From contig CDRNST010000218.1 in NCBI GenBank assembly GCA_977016875.1, positions 1,674,001-1,738,000 on the forward strand: a DNA stretch of 64,000 bases. Direction: 5' to 3'. Positions 1-13,900 of this stretch are shown here, piece after piece. The notes below the pieces were generated by a model, which was not told where the DNA came from, ran no database searches, and saw only the letters and a program-made list of their open reading frames with translations. This DNA is from Pavona decussata. Lineage: Eukaryota. Position numbers and translations under genes: made by a program. The stretch's first letter is position 1. Every line of letters starts with the position of its first letter.

Positions 1-344
1 AATGCCTTTCGTTAATTGCAAACCTCGCTACGTGTAACAAAGTAAAACCAAAAAAAAAAAAAAAACATTCCCTACGTACTGTCTTTAAACTTTCCGTGTT
101 CACTGGTGCGCCCAAACCGAACTTTACTTTAGCGTCTCACTAAAATTATTAAGGGCACCAAACGACAAGCTAATCATTACTTATCATTATCTAGTCTAAC
201 AATATAGGCTTTCCCCGATTACTTTACTTTAAATTACTTTACTTGTTCATCCAAGTATTCGATGGTTGGTGAATGTCTGTACACGATAGCTAGCAATTAA
301 ATTCATCCCAATTCCTAGAGAACGAAAACTATATTTAAACTGAC

Positions 345-467
345 CACATGTTGAAGGCATATGAGAACCATCTTGACAAACTGGTAACTTGTCTTGGTGA
401 CATGTTGACGACCACGGAATACATGTACCGTCTGCGCACTGAAACAAGTTACTGGAACACGAGGTTC
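345..467 (-). CDS. Exon 19: divergent LDLa repeat
   Basis: SCSSNLFQCADGTCIPWSSTCHQDKLPVCQDGSHMPSTC. Confidence 0.88.
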
Positions 468-3400
468 CTGCAATTTTAAAGTTTGGAAAATTATGCATAA
501 TATTGTGGCATGGCAACAAACAACATATCAAACTATTTGTGCTGTAAACACGGACTACACGTGTTAGCACAAGGAATACTACTCTTCTGAATAAAGTGTT
601 TGTATAAATTCATGTGCTTGGGGAAATAAAGAAAAACGATTTATTAGTTAGATAAGATGGAAGTTCAATGAGGCTGTTTGGAAGGAAAGTATAAATGTGT
701 TATGACATCCCTAGTAATGAAAGTTGAATTGTATTTTAAGCTTAAAAGTAAAGCCCATTCTATACAAAAAATAGTTATATCTCTTTCTGTATTGCACCCC
801 ACTTCCAAGAAAATTCCTATTTTTTCCCTTCAGCGTAATTTCTGCAGGATAAGGTGCTACTTTGACAAAAAAATCAGCTAATCATTTCCCTTTATGAAAA
901 TCTAACCTGTGCAGTTGTTCAGTTATTAATGAATTCGCAAACATTGAAGCCTGCTATTTTCTTATAAAGCTGCCCGCTCACTGACGACATTTAAGTACTT
1001 CGGCCCAAGTTTCATGTCAATTTTGAAAGATAACAGCGAATCACAATGCAAGTATACTCATGACGGAAAAAAACTGAATAAACGTAATAAACTTACCACA
1101 AAACCGTTCATCTTTAGAATCTGAACAGTCATTTATTCCATCGCATAAGTTACCTGATGGAATACAACCACCTGAAGAACATGGGAACTCAACGGTTAAA
1201 CAAGTGCAACCCTCTTCATCGGACCCATCCAGACAGTTGACGTCACTATCACAGCGGTGTGTAGCGCTAATGCATTCGCCATTAACACACTGAAATTCAG
1301 TGGGACTACAAGCAAAATCTGAAAATAATAATCATGAAACGACTTAAATCAACAGAACATTTATATGGTGAGCCAAGGCAAGTGCATGGTATGTTACGGT
1401 ATGGTATGGTACGTCGTGGTATGGTATAGTATGGCATGGAATGGTATGGTATGATATGGCATGGTATGGCATTGTATGGTATGTATGCTATGACAAGGCA
1501 TTGGATTGTATGGTACGGTATGGTATGGCATGGCATGGCATTGTATGGAATTGTATGGTACGGCATGGTATGGTATTACATGGTATGGTATGGTATGTGT
1601 TGCATGGCATTAGATGGTATGGTATGGTATGGTATGGTATGGTATGGTATGGTATGGTATGGTATGGTATAGTATGGCATGACATAACATGGTGTAGTAT
1701 TGCATGGTATGGAATGGTATGGCATGGCATGGCATTAGATGGTGTAGTATGGTATGGATGGTATGGTATGGTATGGTATGGTATAGTATGGCATGGTACG
1801 GTATTGTGCAGTACTCTTTGTAGGAGCAATAAAGGGTTAAAGATGCAGCAGAACTCCGTTATATGAATGGATGGCTATCTCGAATCCCCAACATTTAGCT
1901 TGTGTAACAAAACCTTCATAAAGTGAGTTCTTCGTGATTTACCTGGTGATGCATGGGAAGGCGCCAGCGTACATGTCTCCGTTGTTATCGTAATATTATC
2001 CAATAGTATGGTTGGGGTGCCGTTCACTGCACCTAGGCCTTCAAATATGATCTACAGTATGACAGGACAATGGAATGATAAGTTGTTAAAAAATATGTAT
2101 AATATGATGAAGCAGAATAACATATCGATAAAATAGAACTGTAAGATAAACTAATAGAATAACATCAGTGTTTCAACGATACAAAAAGATAACACAACAG
2201 AATGATACCAGTTGTTAATACGATGGCACAATAGGCTAGTGATATTTAAATAACATTGGATCTACAACATGATAGATTGGAATATGATGTTAATACTAGC
2301 AACAATATGACTGAGCTCAGGTAAAGTCATATTTAGAACTTGGAGAACAATCTGTCCTAGGTGTAACACAGCGAGGTCTCTCCTATGCCCGCCAACGTGC
2401 TGCTTCTAGCAATTTGGTCTCCCGCCTTGTCTCCTCTCAAGTTTTATGCTTACATATTAGTAGTTTTAGTTATTTAGCATTTTTTTCATATAAATAATTA
2501 ACGAGGGATCCGCTGAAATTGGCTACGCTGTAGTGGTCTCCCTGCCTAATTATTATATCTTTGGAATTTTTTTGTTTCTATTGTTTGTTTCCATTCTGTT
2601 TGTATTTTAGTAAGGCGAAGCTAAATAAATAAATAAATAAATAAATAAATATTTGACGTTAGCACACTCAAGGAGACCGCTCGCGGTCTAAATCAAGAAA
2701 CATCGTGATTAAAAAAAATCGTTATTTATACGCTGTACAATGTGTTTTACTTTCACTTCCCATGGTGATTATAAGGTAAACTAAATGAAAAATATGAAGG
2801 AGATTTACTTGATTTTTCTCGTGTGGCTTCCAAGTAACTTTGGCCTTGTTCCATTTGTTCCCTTGAAACCCTCGTAACTTCCAAATTAAAACCTCTTTTT
2901 CACCTGTCTTAGTGTACACCTTTAGCGAAGAAAGGAACTTGGAAGGAAGTTGGAACTTGAAGCGTAGGCATAACCCAACATCTTTATAAAATGGTTTCCA
3001 TGGTAAAAAAGGACTTTCTAGCCGGCTATTAAGGGGTTCGTTGACCATACCAAGATCACCTGAAATTTGAGGTGAGTAAAAAAATAGAGAAATATTAATA
3101 TAAATAATTGAGAAAAAATAAAATAAATACGCTTCAATAAAAATAGAAATAATTTTTTAGACTTACCTGAAATTTTCCATCCTTTGACTTCCCAGTCTTC
3201 ATAATCCTTTGAAAAGGTAACCTGTGTTACTGAAGCCACTAAAAACATAATTTCAAAAACTTTAGTCACTAATGCTAAGTGAAGAAACTACGACTCCCGT
3301 AGCTTTCATACAGTGAGTGTCCATTTTAGGTAGAATGAGGAGGCACGGAATATTGTCACGCTCCTTAAGATTCAACCCCCTGATGAGGAGACCTCATAAC

Positions 3401-4937
3401 TCTTCTTCAAGCAACATCGTTGAAATGCTGTATCTTTTTTAGACATGTGTTACCTTTAATATTGACATCAACAACTTTTCTTCTTCCTTTCTTTGCTGTC
3501 ACGTCATTTGTGAATGAGTAATGTATCTATTGAGTGAATGTTGAAAAGAGGTTGTGTCACTGGCTTGTACAAAAATCAACTGCATTGATCGAACTGAGAA
3601 ACAATTTACATAACAGTACATATAAAATTTTTGTAACCAAAATTGAACAATTCAAAATGGCTGTAATGCTACTTTAATACCTCCATAGAACTGTCTCCTG
3701 GCTGAGTTATCACTTCAATGTCTACTTGGAATATGTTCTCAGAACATGTTAACTTGACAGATGGATTTACAAGGTATGATTTGCCAAAGGCGTGGAACTC
3801 CAGTGCAACGGGGCAGTCAGGACAGTAGATACCCTCACAACAGTACTTATATGATGCTGAAAACAAACAACAACTGTGATCTGGTTAATGCAAAGTTTAC
3901 ATAATGACAAAAGTGATAAAGAGTTTGAAAACTGTTAAACAGATAATGAGTTACTTGCCAGTGATACGAATAACTGAGCCAAGATCGACCTGTTGGATAA
4001 TGCTGTCATTTGGACGCAGAAGAGTAAAAGACAAACTTCTTATTCCTATTGAGGAAACGTACCAAGACTGAAATCAGTTATGAAAAATGTGGGTCTTTCA
4101 CATCTTTTTCCTTTCAGCTACATTCATCAAAATATATTTAGTAAAACGTCAGTCGCATTTTTCTAAGCTAACCTCTCTTGGGATCAGGAAAGGTGGTCGA
4201 TAACGCCAGTATTGTACAAAACTAACGATTGAACACGCCCATTCTTTTCAAGAGATATTGGAGAACCTAAAGTATCCCTCTTCTCACAGAGTATGTGAAC
4301 TCTAAAATCAAAATGGCAGCTGATAGTCCACAATCAACTACAGTCATAGATCGCATCACTGCCATCATCACTCTTGCTGATCTCAGCTTACAGTGGTATG
4401 AATTTCGGACGCCTTTCGCATAAGGTGTTAGCTTTCAACCCATAGATAGCGTATATCATTATAGAGAACCACAAGAGCTGCAAAACATCGTCTTGGAACA
4501 TGTATGGAGGTCATGTGTTTTAATGTTATAACAAACAGCCCCACTACAAACCTTGTATGCACAAAATATTTGATATTCTGGCTTCAAAGGAGAATGGAGA
4601 TCAGGAAACAAAACACAGACAAACCGTATATAACCTACCAGGAGGAATTGCAAACAAATGGCTCCCTTGGATCGGTTCTTGTTGAATTTCCTTTGGTCTG
4701 CTCATCCCAACAGACAAACATTTAAACCGCAGTTCGTCTTTCATGTACACGGTTAGTACATACAGCTTACATTTACTTAGAGATAAACTTGACTTGGACA
4801 GCTTCTTTAAGCACCTGTTAAAAAAAATCGAAATTAAACGTCAGTTCCACCAGTGGCCGATTTTATACTAGAGGACGCGTTATCCGTCTGGGCAAACTTG
4901 GGGAAACATTCGTTGTTCGTCTGGTTATTCGTCCGAC

Positions 4938-4974
<37 letters not shown>

Positions 4975-7900
4975 CGAACTGTCTTCCGCTGTTCGTCGTT
5001 CAAGACGTACAATGGATTACAGTTCGTCCAGACGCATAATTTGTCTTCTGCCCGTCTTTATACTAGAGACGCATCGCTAACTGTCAAGGACGCCTAATTC
5101 TTGCCAAGAGTTGACGACTCATTTGATGTATTGAGTGGCTCAAAACGGCGTTTTGCACTTGATATCTTTCCCTCTGTCACTGGCAAGAAGTGATTGATAC
5201 AACCACAGGTAAAACTGCACTTTTCACCTCACTGAGTAGGCTTCAGGAGTGGAATGTTATGTCATCTGGGCTTTGTAATGCGCCGAGTGCGTTTAAAAGA
5301 CTGATGTAGCTTATGCTTTTGAAAATTGGCCTGGTTCATCTTGATAATATTATTTTCACGGGAGGAATATTTGAAGGACTGTTACAGCGGCATAAGGGAA
5401 GCATTTAAGCGTTTATGCAGCAGTGTAGGATTGAGACGTTAGCCGACGTTAGCGAGTTTCCTTCGTTCTGTCATGTTGTCACAGAGGAAGGCTTTTTCTG
5501 AAAAAATACACAAATTTAAACATGGCCCTTTCCAGAAAATGTCACATAGATCAAATGTCCTCTTGGCCTTGCCTCTAATTATCGATGGTTTCTTGACAAC
5601 AACTCGGCCACTGTATAAATCAACAGAGACAGCGATAGAGTTTCTTTGGACGCCATCATGCCAGCTGGCTTTTGACAGATTTTTAAAACAACATTGCATT
5701 ATCTACCAGCAAGAAAATTATTTATACGAAGAGATCACACTTTAAGTACGGAAATTATGATCATCCGTGTTAGTGTAGTGCTGAGAAGGACTGTTTGTGG
5801 TGACTTTGACTGACGTCTCCACAACCTGAGCGGAAGTCATCTTCAGAGCTTTCACTTTCTTGTGGTCGATCCCTAAGGTCAGGATTCCACTAGAGAAACT
5901 GACACTTGCATTGAATTTCTCCTTACGTTTGATTTTAAAATCGAGTATCGACCAGGTTAATGACACCAGAGGGCACTCTTCGATCCCCATTGAAAATGGT
6001 CCAACTGTTGGAATGCTGACAATGTGCCCCGGCCTATCATATTGATCTTCATTCTGAGATACTTGGCAACAATGTTTGCAAGGTGCACCCTTAGGACTGT
6101 TTGCATCAGTGTGCGACCGTTGTGCCACAAGTTTGAACCAAGATATAGGAAGGGGACCCTGATCTTTAGGTCATAATTGGATGGAAGACGTTCAGCGATG
6201 AAAAAAACCATCATGAGAGAATGTCTCACCTTAAAGTTCTGAAATAAAGTCACCAGATTGTAACGGGAACAGATGTTCTTCAGAGAGGACGTTCTTTGTC
6301 GTCGGTTGGAAGTGACACGAGAGACCAAATCATGCGTCAAGACGTTCTCTTCCCAGCCGTGTCCGATAGATTGCCTTCGCCGCAGGTCATCGTGGTGTAC
6401 AGAGGACTCTGAGTGTTCTTATGTCCCATTGGCCGAAGCTTTTTTCATCATTGCAGAGATGAGGTTGCAGGTTGCAATGTGTGACGTGTACCTCGTGAGC
6501 CTCTGAAGTGGTATGTGGTGGGACCATGGACCAATTGCTGTCGATATTTATTCGACCCCTACCAGAAACTCCACGAAGGAAGACGTTCGCGCTGGAAGGT
6601 AGTAATTGCTTCTCTAAATGAAGTGAATGCTGGCCGATTCCAAACTAAAAGTCATAACGTTGCCGAGAAGCTGATCAGTGAATTAACTGTTGTTTCAGTG
6701 TACCCCGTCAAACTTCAAAGTGACCAAGGAAGCAATTTGAATCAAGCGTATTGTGGAGGTCTGCAACTATTGGGCATTGCAAAGACTCCCATTACACCAC
6801 CGAATCACCATGTTGAACGTTTCAATAAAAGCCGCACGGAAATTTTGAATTGAAAGATCAGGGAAGTCCAAACAGAGTGGGACTTGCAGCATCCAACTTG
6901 CGTGATGGCATGAAGTTCGGTCCATGAGTCAACGAGACTATCCCTAATCAAGTGATGCTGGTCCGAGAAGTGAGCGATGCCTTACGTGCCATGACCGACA
7001 CACCTCCAAGACAGACTTTGCTAAATTAAAGCTCTTCAAAAGAAATTTACCAGTGCGCATGATTTGGCAAGAAAATACATGAGCATGGCAGCCTTACGCC
7101 AGAAATGCAATTTTATAAACACCTCCTGGAAGAAAACTTGTTATTCGTGATTGCGTTTGGTCACACAATATTCGGAGAAGAAAAGGAAGAAATGCTAAAC
7201 TTGAATGCCCTTAGTAGATCCTGTGTCTGTTTGTACCAGCTGTCTTGTCATATGTAGTTTACCGCATCCAGACGAGTACGAAGGCCAAGCCAAAGGTCAT
7301 TTGCTCAGATAGATTAAAGCCTCAATTGGGTCCCCGGTGGACAGCTGGATTCCAAAAAAGTGGCTATCAAGTTTTGGTTGAAGATGTAGAAACTGTTTCG
7401 GTTGTCGAGAGTGGAGGGTTTGCGCCGTCAAAAAGGAGTCATTGTGGGAGGGGAAGAGGAAGATGACACCCGACGACCTCGGACGGTTGATACAACTGAG
7501 GTTGACAACAATGACCTGCCTGGTATTAACTCCTATTATGAAAGACCAGAGATCTGAGGAAGTTGATGATCAATCAGCATTATCGCCTGTCCACACTACA
7601 CCTGAGGCATATTCTCGGAATCATGTAGACCTTCAAGGAAACAAAGGTCCCCTCGCCCTCGCGGTTTTGGGTGGATGGTTAGTTATGGCTGCAATGAGCT
7701 TAACATAACATTTTCAAGGAAACTAGGGAAGAATTAAGAACTTTTGTTGACAATTGGTGGGGGGTTACGGGTTATGAACGATTTTTGTTGTTAGAGTCAT
7801 TTGTGTAAAATCCAAGTACAAAAGCACTAGGGACAGTGCTTATGAAGGGGGGTGTGGTACGGCGATGAGGAATGTGCGCACGTTGAAAACATAGTCTGTT

Positions 7901-10900
7901 TTCCTTGTTGCTAAGCCCAGTTAATAACTAAATGGCTATTTCCTCGAGTCGAGCACAGTGACCTATCTTTTTCATCTCGTTATTTTAAGTCAGCTATTAT
8001 CCTCTTTACGTTTAAACATTTTTAGAAAAAAAATTGACGACAGAAAAAAAGTTATTACCAGGAATACGAGCTTGCCCACCACCCTTAGGCCCGAGAACTC
8101 ACACACAAGAAACGTGTTGGCTGGATACTGCTTCATATTGTGCTTCTCTGCCAAGAAATGCACCTTAAATTGCCAATTATATTTTATACATCCTATGCAT
8201 AACGTTTTTATAAGTTCTGCTTTATCTATGTAACTTATGTTACCACCAGACATGACAATAACTGACCTATCTTATCATATTCATTTCTCGAAGTAATACT
8301 AGAAGTGAACAATCACAGACAGTTTGAGAAAATTTTCACAACAATTTTTATTTCACGGGAATCACCTTAACAAGTTTAACCGTGACACTTCGTAATTAGC
8401 CATTTCTTTTTTAACCTACGTTATTGGACAATTGGGCCGTAAACTAAAAATAGCTAACAATGTTAAAGGAAAAAGGGTTGTTTGTCAAGTCTTTCCTTTT
8501 GTTACATTTTCAAAGCCCCTCGTAAACTGTCGTTGTATTTCCCTTACTCCTTAATCGGCCGAAAATCCTCTGGAACGTATAGAAAACATGTAAAAAAAAT
8601 TTCCGATTCATCTTAAAAGTTGCTTCATGCAACTGGACCAAACTTCCTACCCAACTCGGCAGCCTTGGTGAAGGCAAATCCAGTTCGATCGGTCTGTTCA
8701 GTCGGTCAAAAAATTATGCATGTCTTATGAAACTAGTAAAGGACGTATGAACTAATGCGACAGTAAATAACATGCAAATCTAAGAGGCCTAAAAAGTAAA
8801 GAGTAACACTGAACTCTTGGAATTTACTCACCCGTCTGACTCACTATTGGCGGCCCAACGTTGTAACTGAACGAGCATAATTTCTTTTTCTGAATAAGAA
8901 GCAGGACCGTCCTCAAATGAAAGCTCTCTTTCTGGGAATTCTGTAAACCACAATTCACATTCATCTCCACAAGAAAGAGAAAACTCGTAGCTCGCACTCA
9001 TCGGTACCTAGAATGTTCAATAACTTTATCACTTTCGAGCTGAACGTGTGCGTAAAGCGACACTTTACAGAATGTAGGCATTATACGAGTTGTTTGCGCG
9101 AGTATCAGTCATTGCCGGTCCTAACAACATTCACTTAGACGATCGCATTTGACTTACGGACCACGTTTGATACTGAATTACATTTTTCGGAGGCGATTTA
9201 ACAAAGCAACTTATATAAAACCTCGCTACTTTAAATAGCTCACAGTGATATGAAGTTTCTATAACGTTTAGAGAGTTCAGGAATACTTTGATGTTACAAA
9301 TGACATTGCAAGAGTCCAAAAATACACCACAGTTATGGGTCTACGTCCTATGTACACAGGTACCCCTTTAGGAGAAAAAATGGAGGAAAATTGAAATCGT
9401 TCTATTATTGCTTAGAGATAAGGTTATTCTACCTGTAAATAGGAAGTCATTCTTTCGCCATAGTTGTCGCTGACCTCAAATGTCGTAGACATGTTGAACG
9501 TGGTTGTATAACCATCAGGTGGCTGATCAAAGATTGGATTTTCGCGAAGAGTTGTAAATCCCTCAGTATTCACATACCTATACCATAATTCCCGGCGAGC
9601 TCCTTGGGCCTCAACGACAGAATCTGTACAGGTGAGAGAGGTTTATTTGTTTTTAAAAATGACCGGACGACAGTTTGAAAAGACCCTTTCGATAATAAAC
9701 TGGTCTTGATAGCGAATGCAAGGATGTTTACTTTTTGATGAGAATTCCCCTCCAAATATTGTAAGAATTACTTTTACAAACTTGTTTTTCAATGGAAAAA
9801 AATCGGGCACGCAAATAATATTAAGTTTTAAACTGTACATTTTGTCAAATGAAATGCTCATAACATGTAGTTTATGGAAAAATAATTGAATAATATCGGA
9901 CATAATTAAGAAATCATCTCTCTAATATGTCGATACACAGGCGAGTTTTGGGATGAAAGAGATCAAATTGTAAACATCGTATTATGAGTTAATATCAACC
10001 ATTGTTACTCTACACCAAGACAAATAACAGTGCACAATGTCTAATCATGGTACTCACGCACCGAAAGAAGCTACAGCGACGCTACCGGCAGGGGGAAAGG
10101 AGTGGCTGACGAATTCCACTATTACGTAGCTGCCGGTTCTTGGAGGCGTGCATTGGAACAATAACTTGGAGGGGCTGTTAGAAATGCTCATATCGCTACA
10201 CTCGGAGTAAGGGCTGTTATCATCAGTCACGAATAATGTTGATGATTCAGCGTGTTCGTCACAGCAGTTAACAAACAGATCCACTGTAACTGTGAATACG
10301 AAAGTCTGCTTGGCTAGGGTTATTATCCATCTCGGATTACGTATCTACAGAGAAAAAAATTCGATGAGAATAACATCCAGTTTTCAAATATTGTAATAGA
10401 ATGCACATAAAGGAAAAATTAATCTTACGATATCTCGAAAAAATGATGTATACGGTAGGATATCCGATAAAGAAAATGTTTCTTGTCCCTCAATCTGGCC
10501 TTGGGTCCAGCTTTTATCCTTAATCATATTCACTGTAGATATGAAACGCAAACAAAATTAGCCTCAGTTTGTTACCTTCGTCTAAAAAGTAACTTTATGG
10601 AAAGGGAGACCAAACAAATTGATTGTTTAGTTACATATTCAAAAACCGTTTCCAGAGAGAGAAATGATCTGGTCTCAAGTACCTTGGAAGCTTTCACATA
10701 TAAAACCATTCATATTTGTGCAATCAGCGTTCAACAGCTTTGTCTCATGTCTGCTGAGTGCCCCACATGAACTCTTGACATCCATAAGCGGGTAGCCATT
10801 TTTCCATTGTTTATGATCAACAATGTTTCCGTCATTCCAAAGCCAGGTATCAAGTCCATTCTTAAATCTCGTTCGATGGAATCCCACAAAAAAGTCCGTT

Positions 10901-13900
10901 TCGGAGTTAGTGATGCTCATAAGCAGCCTAATCAAGTCATCGCTGGATAAAACAGCATTCTTTAGTATTGCCAGGTCCCCTCCTTGCTGCCTACAGGATG
11001 CACGGGCGCCGTCCCAGGTTCTTCGCGTATCCACGAAGAAACGAAGGCAAGATTGGCCAACAGGTATCCAGCCAGGGTAACAGCTTCTATTACTCTCTGC
11101 AACAAATATTACATACATATACTACTGATTCGAAAACAAAAACATTGATTCAAAACAATAATAAATCAAGACTCGGATTAACAAAGCTCTCTCAAGTGAA
11201 GACAATTCTAAGAATGGATTTTGGATAATAGGCTTTTTATCTAAGCAATACATATGAAATAGATCATCCTGCGATAGCTTGCAAAGACCATGATAAGTAA
11301 ATCAATACATGTTATCATTCTTTTTTAAGAAGACACCGCCGGTAGGCAATGAGATATCTATTGCAGCACAGTAGTAACACCTGATGGCTGGGAGAAACGC
11401 TATGGTAATGGTGTTTGCATTTCACTCTAATTATGAAGCACAAAGCCCTCTCAGCAGAAGTTTGAAGATAAAGATGACGAGTGTTTGCACAGGCAGCGTT
11501 ATTGAGCTCTCCCAAACGTTTTCGAGTGTTGCCGTAATTCATGGAAACTACTTTACAAAAATTGGACGTTTATCGAGCTCCAAACTTACCTGGAAGAAGA
11601 GTAACGGGAAATGTTGCTGTTCCAACTATTGAGCAACAGTCCACTGACGTGTTAGAAATGCTTATCCTACTGGAGTTAGAACTTAAAGCAAATTCAAAGA
11701 TTTCATCAGTAGCTTCGTTTCTTTTAGCAATGAAAAAGTCCTGGGGAAAGCGCTGAGAGTCGTTAAGGTAGAGAACTGTTGATATGATGGGTCTTCTGTT
11801 GTTGAATGCAGGATAAATGAACATCATGGTGTCGTTCTCACTGCGCCAGCTCTGATGAGCTGTAAACTGAAATTTGTGCCGCCATTGATCGTGGGCTGGT
11901 ATGGAGTGAACTCGATAAATCTCACTGTTTTTTTCCCTCCTTGAAGCGACATGGAACACTTGAGGGTCTGCGATAAACGCAAATACAATGCAAGAGATGT
12001 TTAGCATTAACACAAGAGGAAAAGTAAATCGGTAATTTTAAGACAAAAAATAATACTTTCTCAGTTAAGGTACAAACCACGTTTGCAAGATCCTTTTATG
12101 AAGCTAACTTCATCCAAAGCAGCATCGCCAAAGTATGAACTCCCTCTTATTCCGTCTATGATAATCTAACAAACAAGCAATATATTGCTGAAGGTGAGTT
12201 ATGTCGGTCAGTGTGTCCTTATACAGGGCCCCTCAGGATAACAGCCCCGTAGCTGATTGGGCCACCCTGTCTTAAATAAAGTTCACTTANNNNNNNNNNN
12301 NNNNNNNNNNNNNNNNNNNNNNNNNNNNNNNNNNNNNNNNNNNNNNNNNNNNNNNNNNNNNNNNNNNNNNNNNNNNNNNNNNNNNNNNNNNNNNNNNNNN
12401 NNNNNNNNNNNNNNNNNNNNNNNNNCTTGCTTACTTACTTATACACAATTGATTTTGTGATCATACGTTTTAGTGCCTCTTAGTTCACCTATTGTCTTTT
12501 TTTACCCCTTTTTACCTTTTTATCCCCTCTTATCACCATTTTTAATTTCGTAAGGGTGGGGTGGGGGAGCGGCGGTGGAGGCGCTGTCATTCGACTCAGT
12601 TTTTTTCTCCTATCTTTTTAAATCAGTTCCTACCCCTCAACACGTAGCCAGTGGTTTCAAAATCAAGATATTAACTAAATTTTTAGAAAAAAAAGTGATA
12701 AAAGAGACTACGTTATACTAACGAAATGGCGTTGGAAATTACACCAGCATAACAGTGCTGGAGGAGCTTACTGATAGTTTTTCAGGCTGATTTTGCAGAA
12801 AGGAAAAGTATTTCTTGCAGAACTTATTGGTCAGTCCTCTAATCTGGCATTACGACACACTAGAAGGTGACCAGCGAAACATAGTTTGTAGTGATGAGAT
12901 GATAAGTCCCGAGAAGCCATCCTGAAAAGTGACGGAATAAAAAGACATGTCTGTCTGTAAAAGTCACGACACTGCTTTATGTTCCACATAGCGATATCAT
13001 ATAAGGGGTTGTCAAACAATATCTTGATACAAACCTGATACTCAGATTTCCCTTCAGTTATCTCAATCTGTGCTTTAATCCAGCGGTCTCCCCAATGACC
13101 AGACTTAACCCATACGATCTTTTCCGAGCCATTCATGGTTTTCATGCTGATCACAACACAACTCATAGTACTACCGTAGAAATTATAATGGAATGTCATG
13201 CACTTGGTACCATTCAAAGGAGGGCTCCATAATCTTGCTTTGTCTAGTGAACGGCCAGAAGACGATTCTATGTAAATGTAATATCCATTACCTATAAAGA
13301 CAAAAAAATAAAACATTCATTGAAGACTTCTAATCTTTCAGCTGCTCGAATCCAGTCACAATAGCATAATATCTTAACTAATACTAGTCAGCTTGTTTTT
13401 GTTTGCTAGAAATCACGCTTTGACTATCAATGGCTGTTCTGTATTCTGCAGAAAATAGTAAAGTAAAGCGCGCGCGTTTCAGAAATTAATGGAAGGGTTT
13501 TAAAATGAATAAATCCCTTCCTGACTTGCTGGTATGTTGGATGAGAATGATAATGCCCTTGGCTAAAAACTAAAAAAATTGTCTCAAAATTTCGCAGTTG
13601 CCCTCGAAACTTCGCTTCTAGACCAAATCTTCATTTTGTTGGACAATCATTCAGCTTTGGGCATTATCCATCGATATACCAGCCGCCTGATTATTTAATA
13701 AATATTTTCGTTTGCACTCCACCAGCGAAGCAGCACCATAGTTTCTTTAGAAACTGCTCCCCTTATGAATTACCCGACATGCAACTTCCATGGACATCAA
13801 AATATCGTTTGCACGTGAACTGCACGTCTCTGACACTTCTTGTCATTCAGCAACTTGTTAATGTGCGGCTGCCTTATGGAGGTTTTTGCCTTACCTCACT

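Noticed and set aside
1306-1866. ORFs of repeated MVWYG/YHTIP
   Set aside because: Translations of the (TGGTA)n microsatellite
4459-4577. Cys-rich candidate exon EYQIFCAYKVCSGAVC...
   Set aside because: Runs into a stop, has no strong donor, and is not needed for frame between exons 11 and 12
8549-8693. Open stretch with ag/gtaag boundaries in intron 10
   Set aside because: Phase 2-to-1 would break the PA14 frame; no domain similarity
12290-12425. Possible exon hidden in the N gap
   Set aside because: Exons 3 and 4 join in phase and complete the MAM domain
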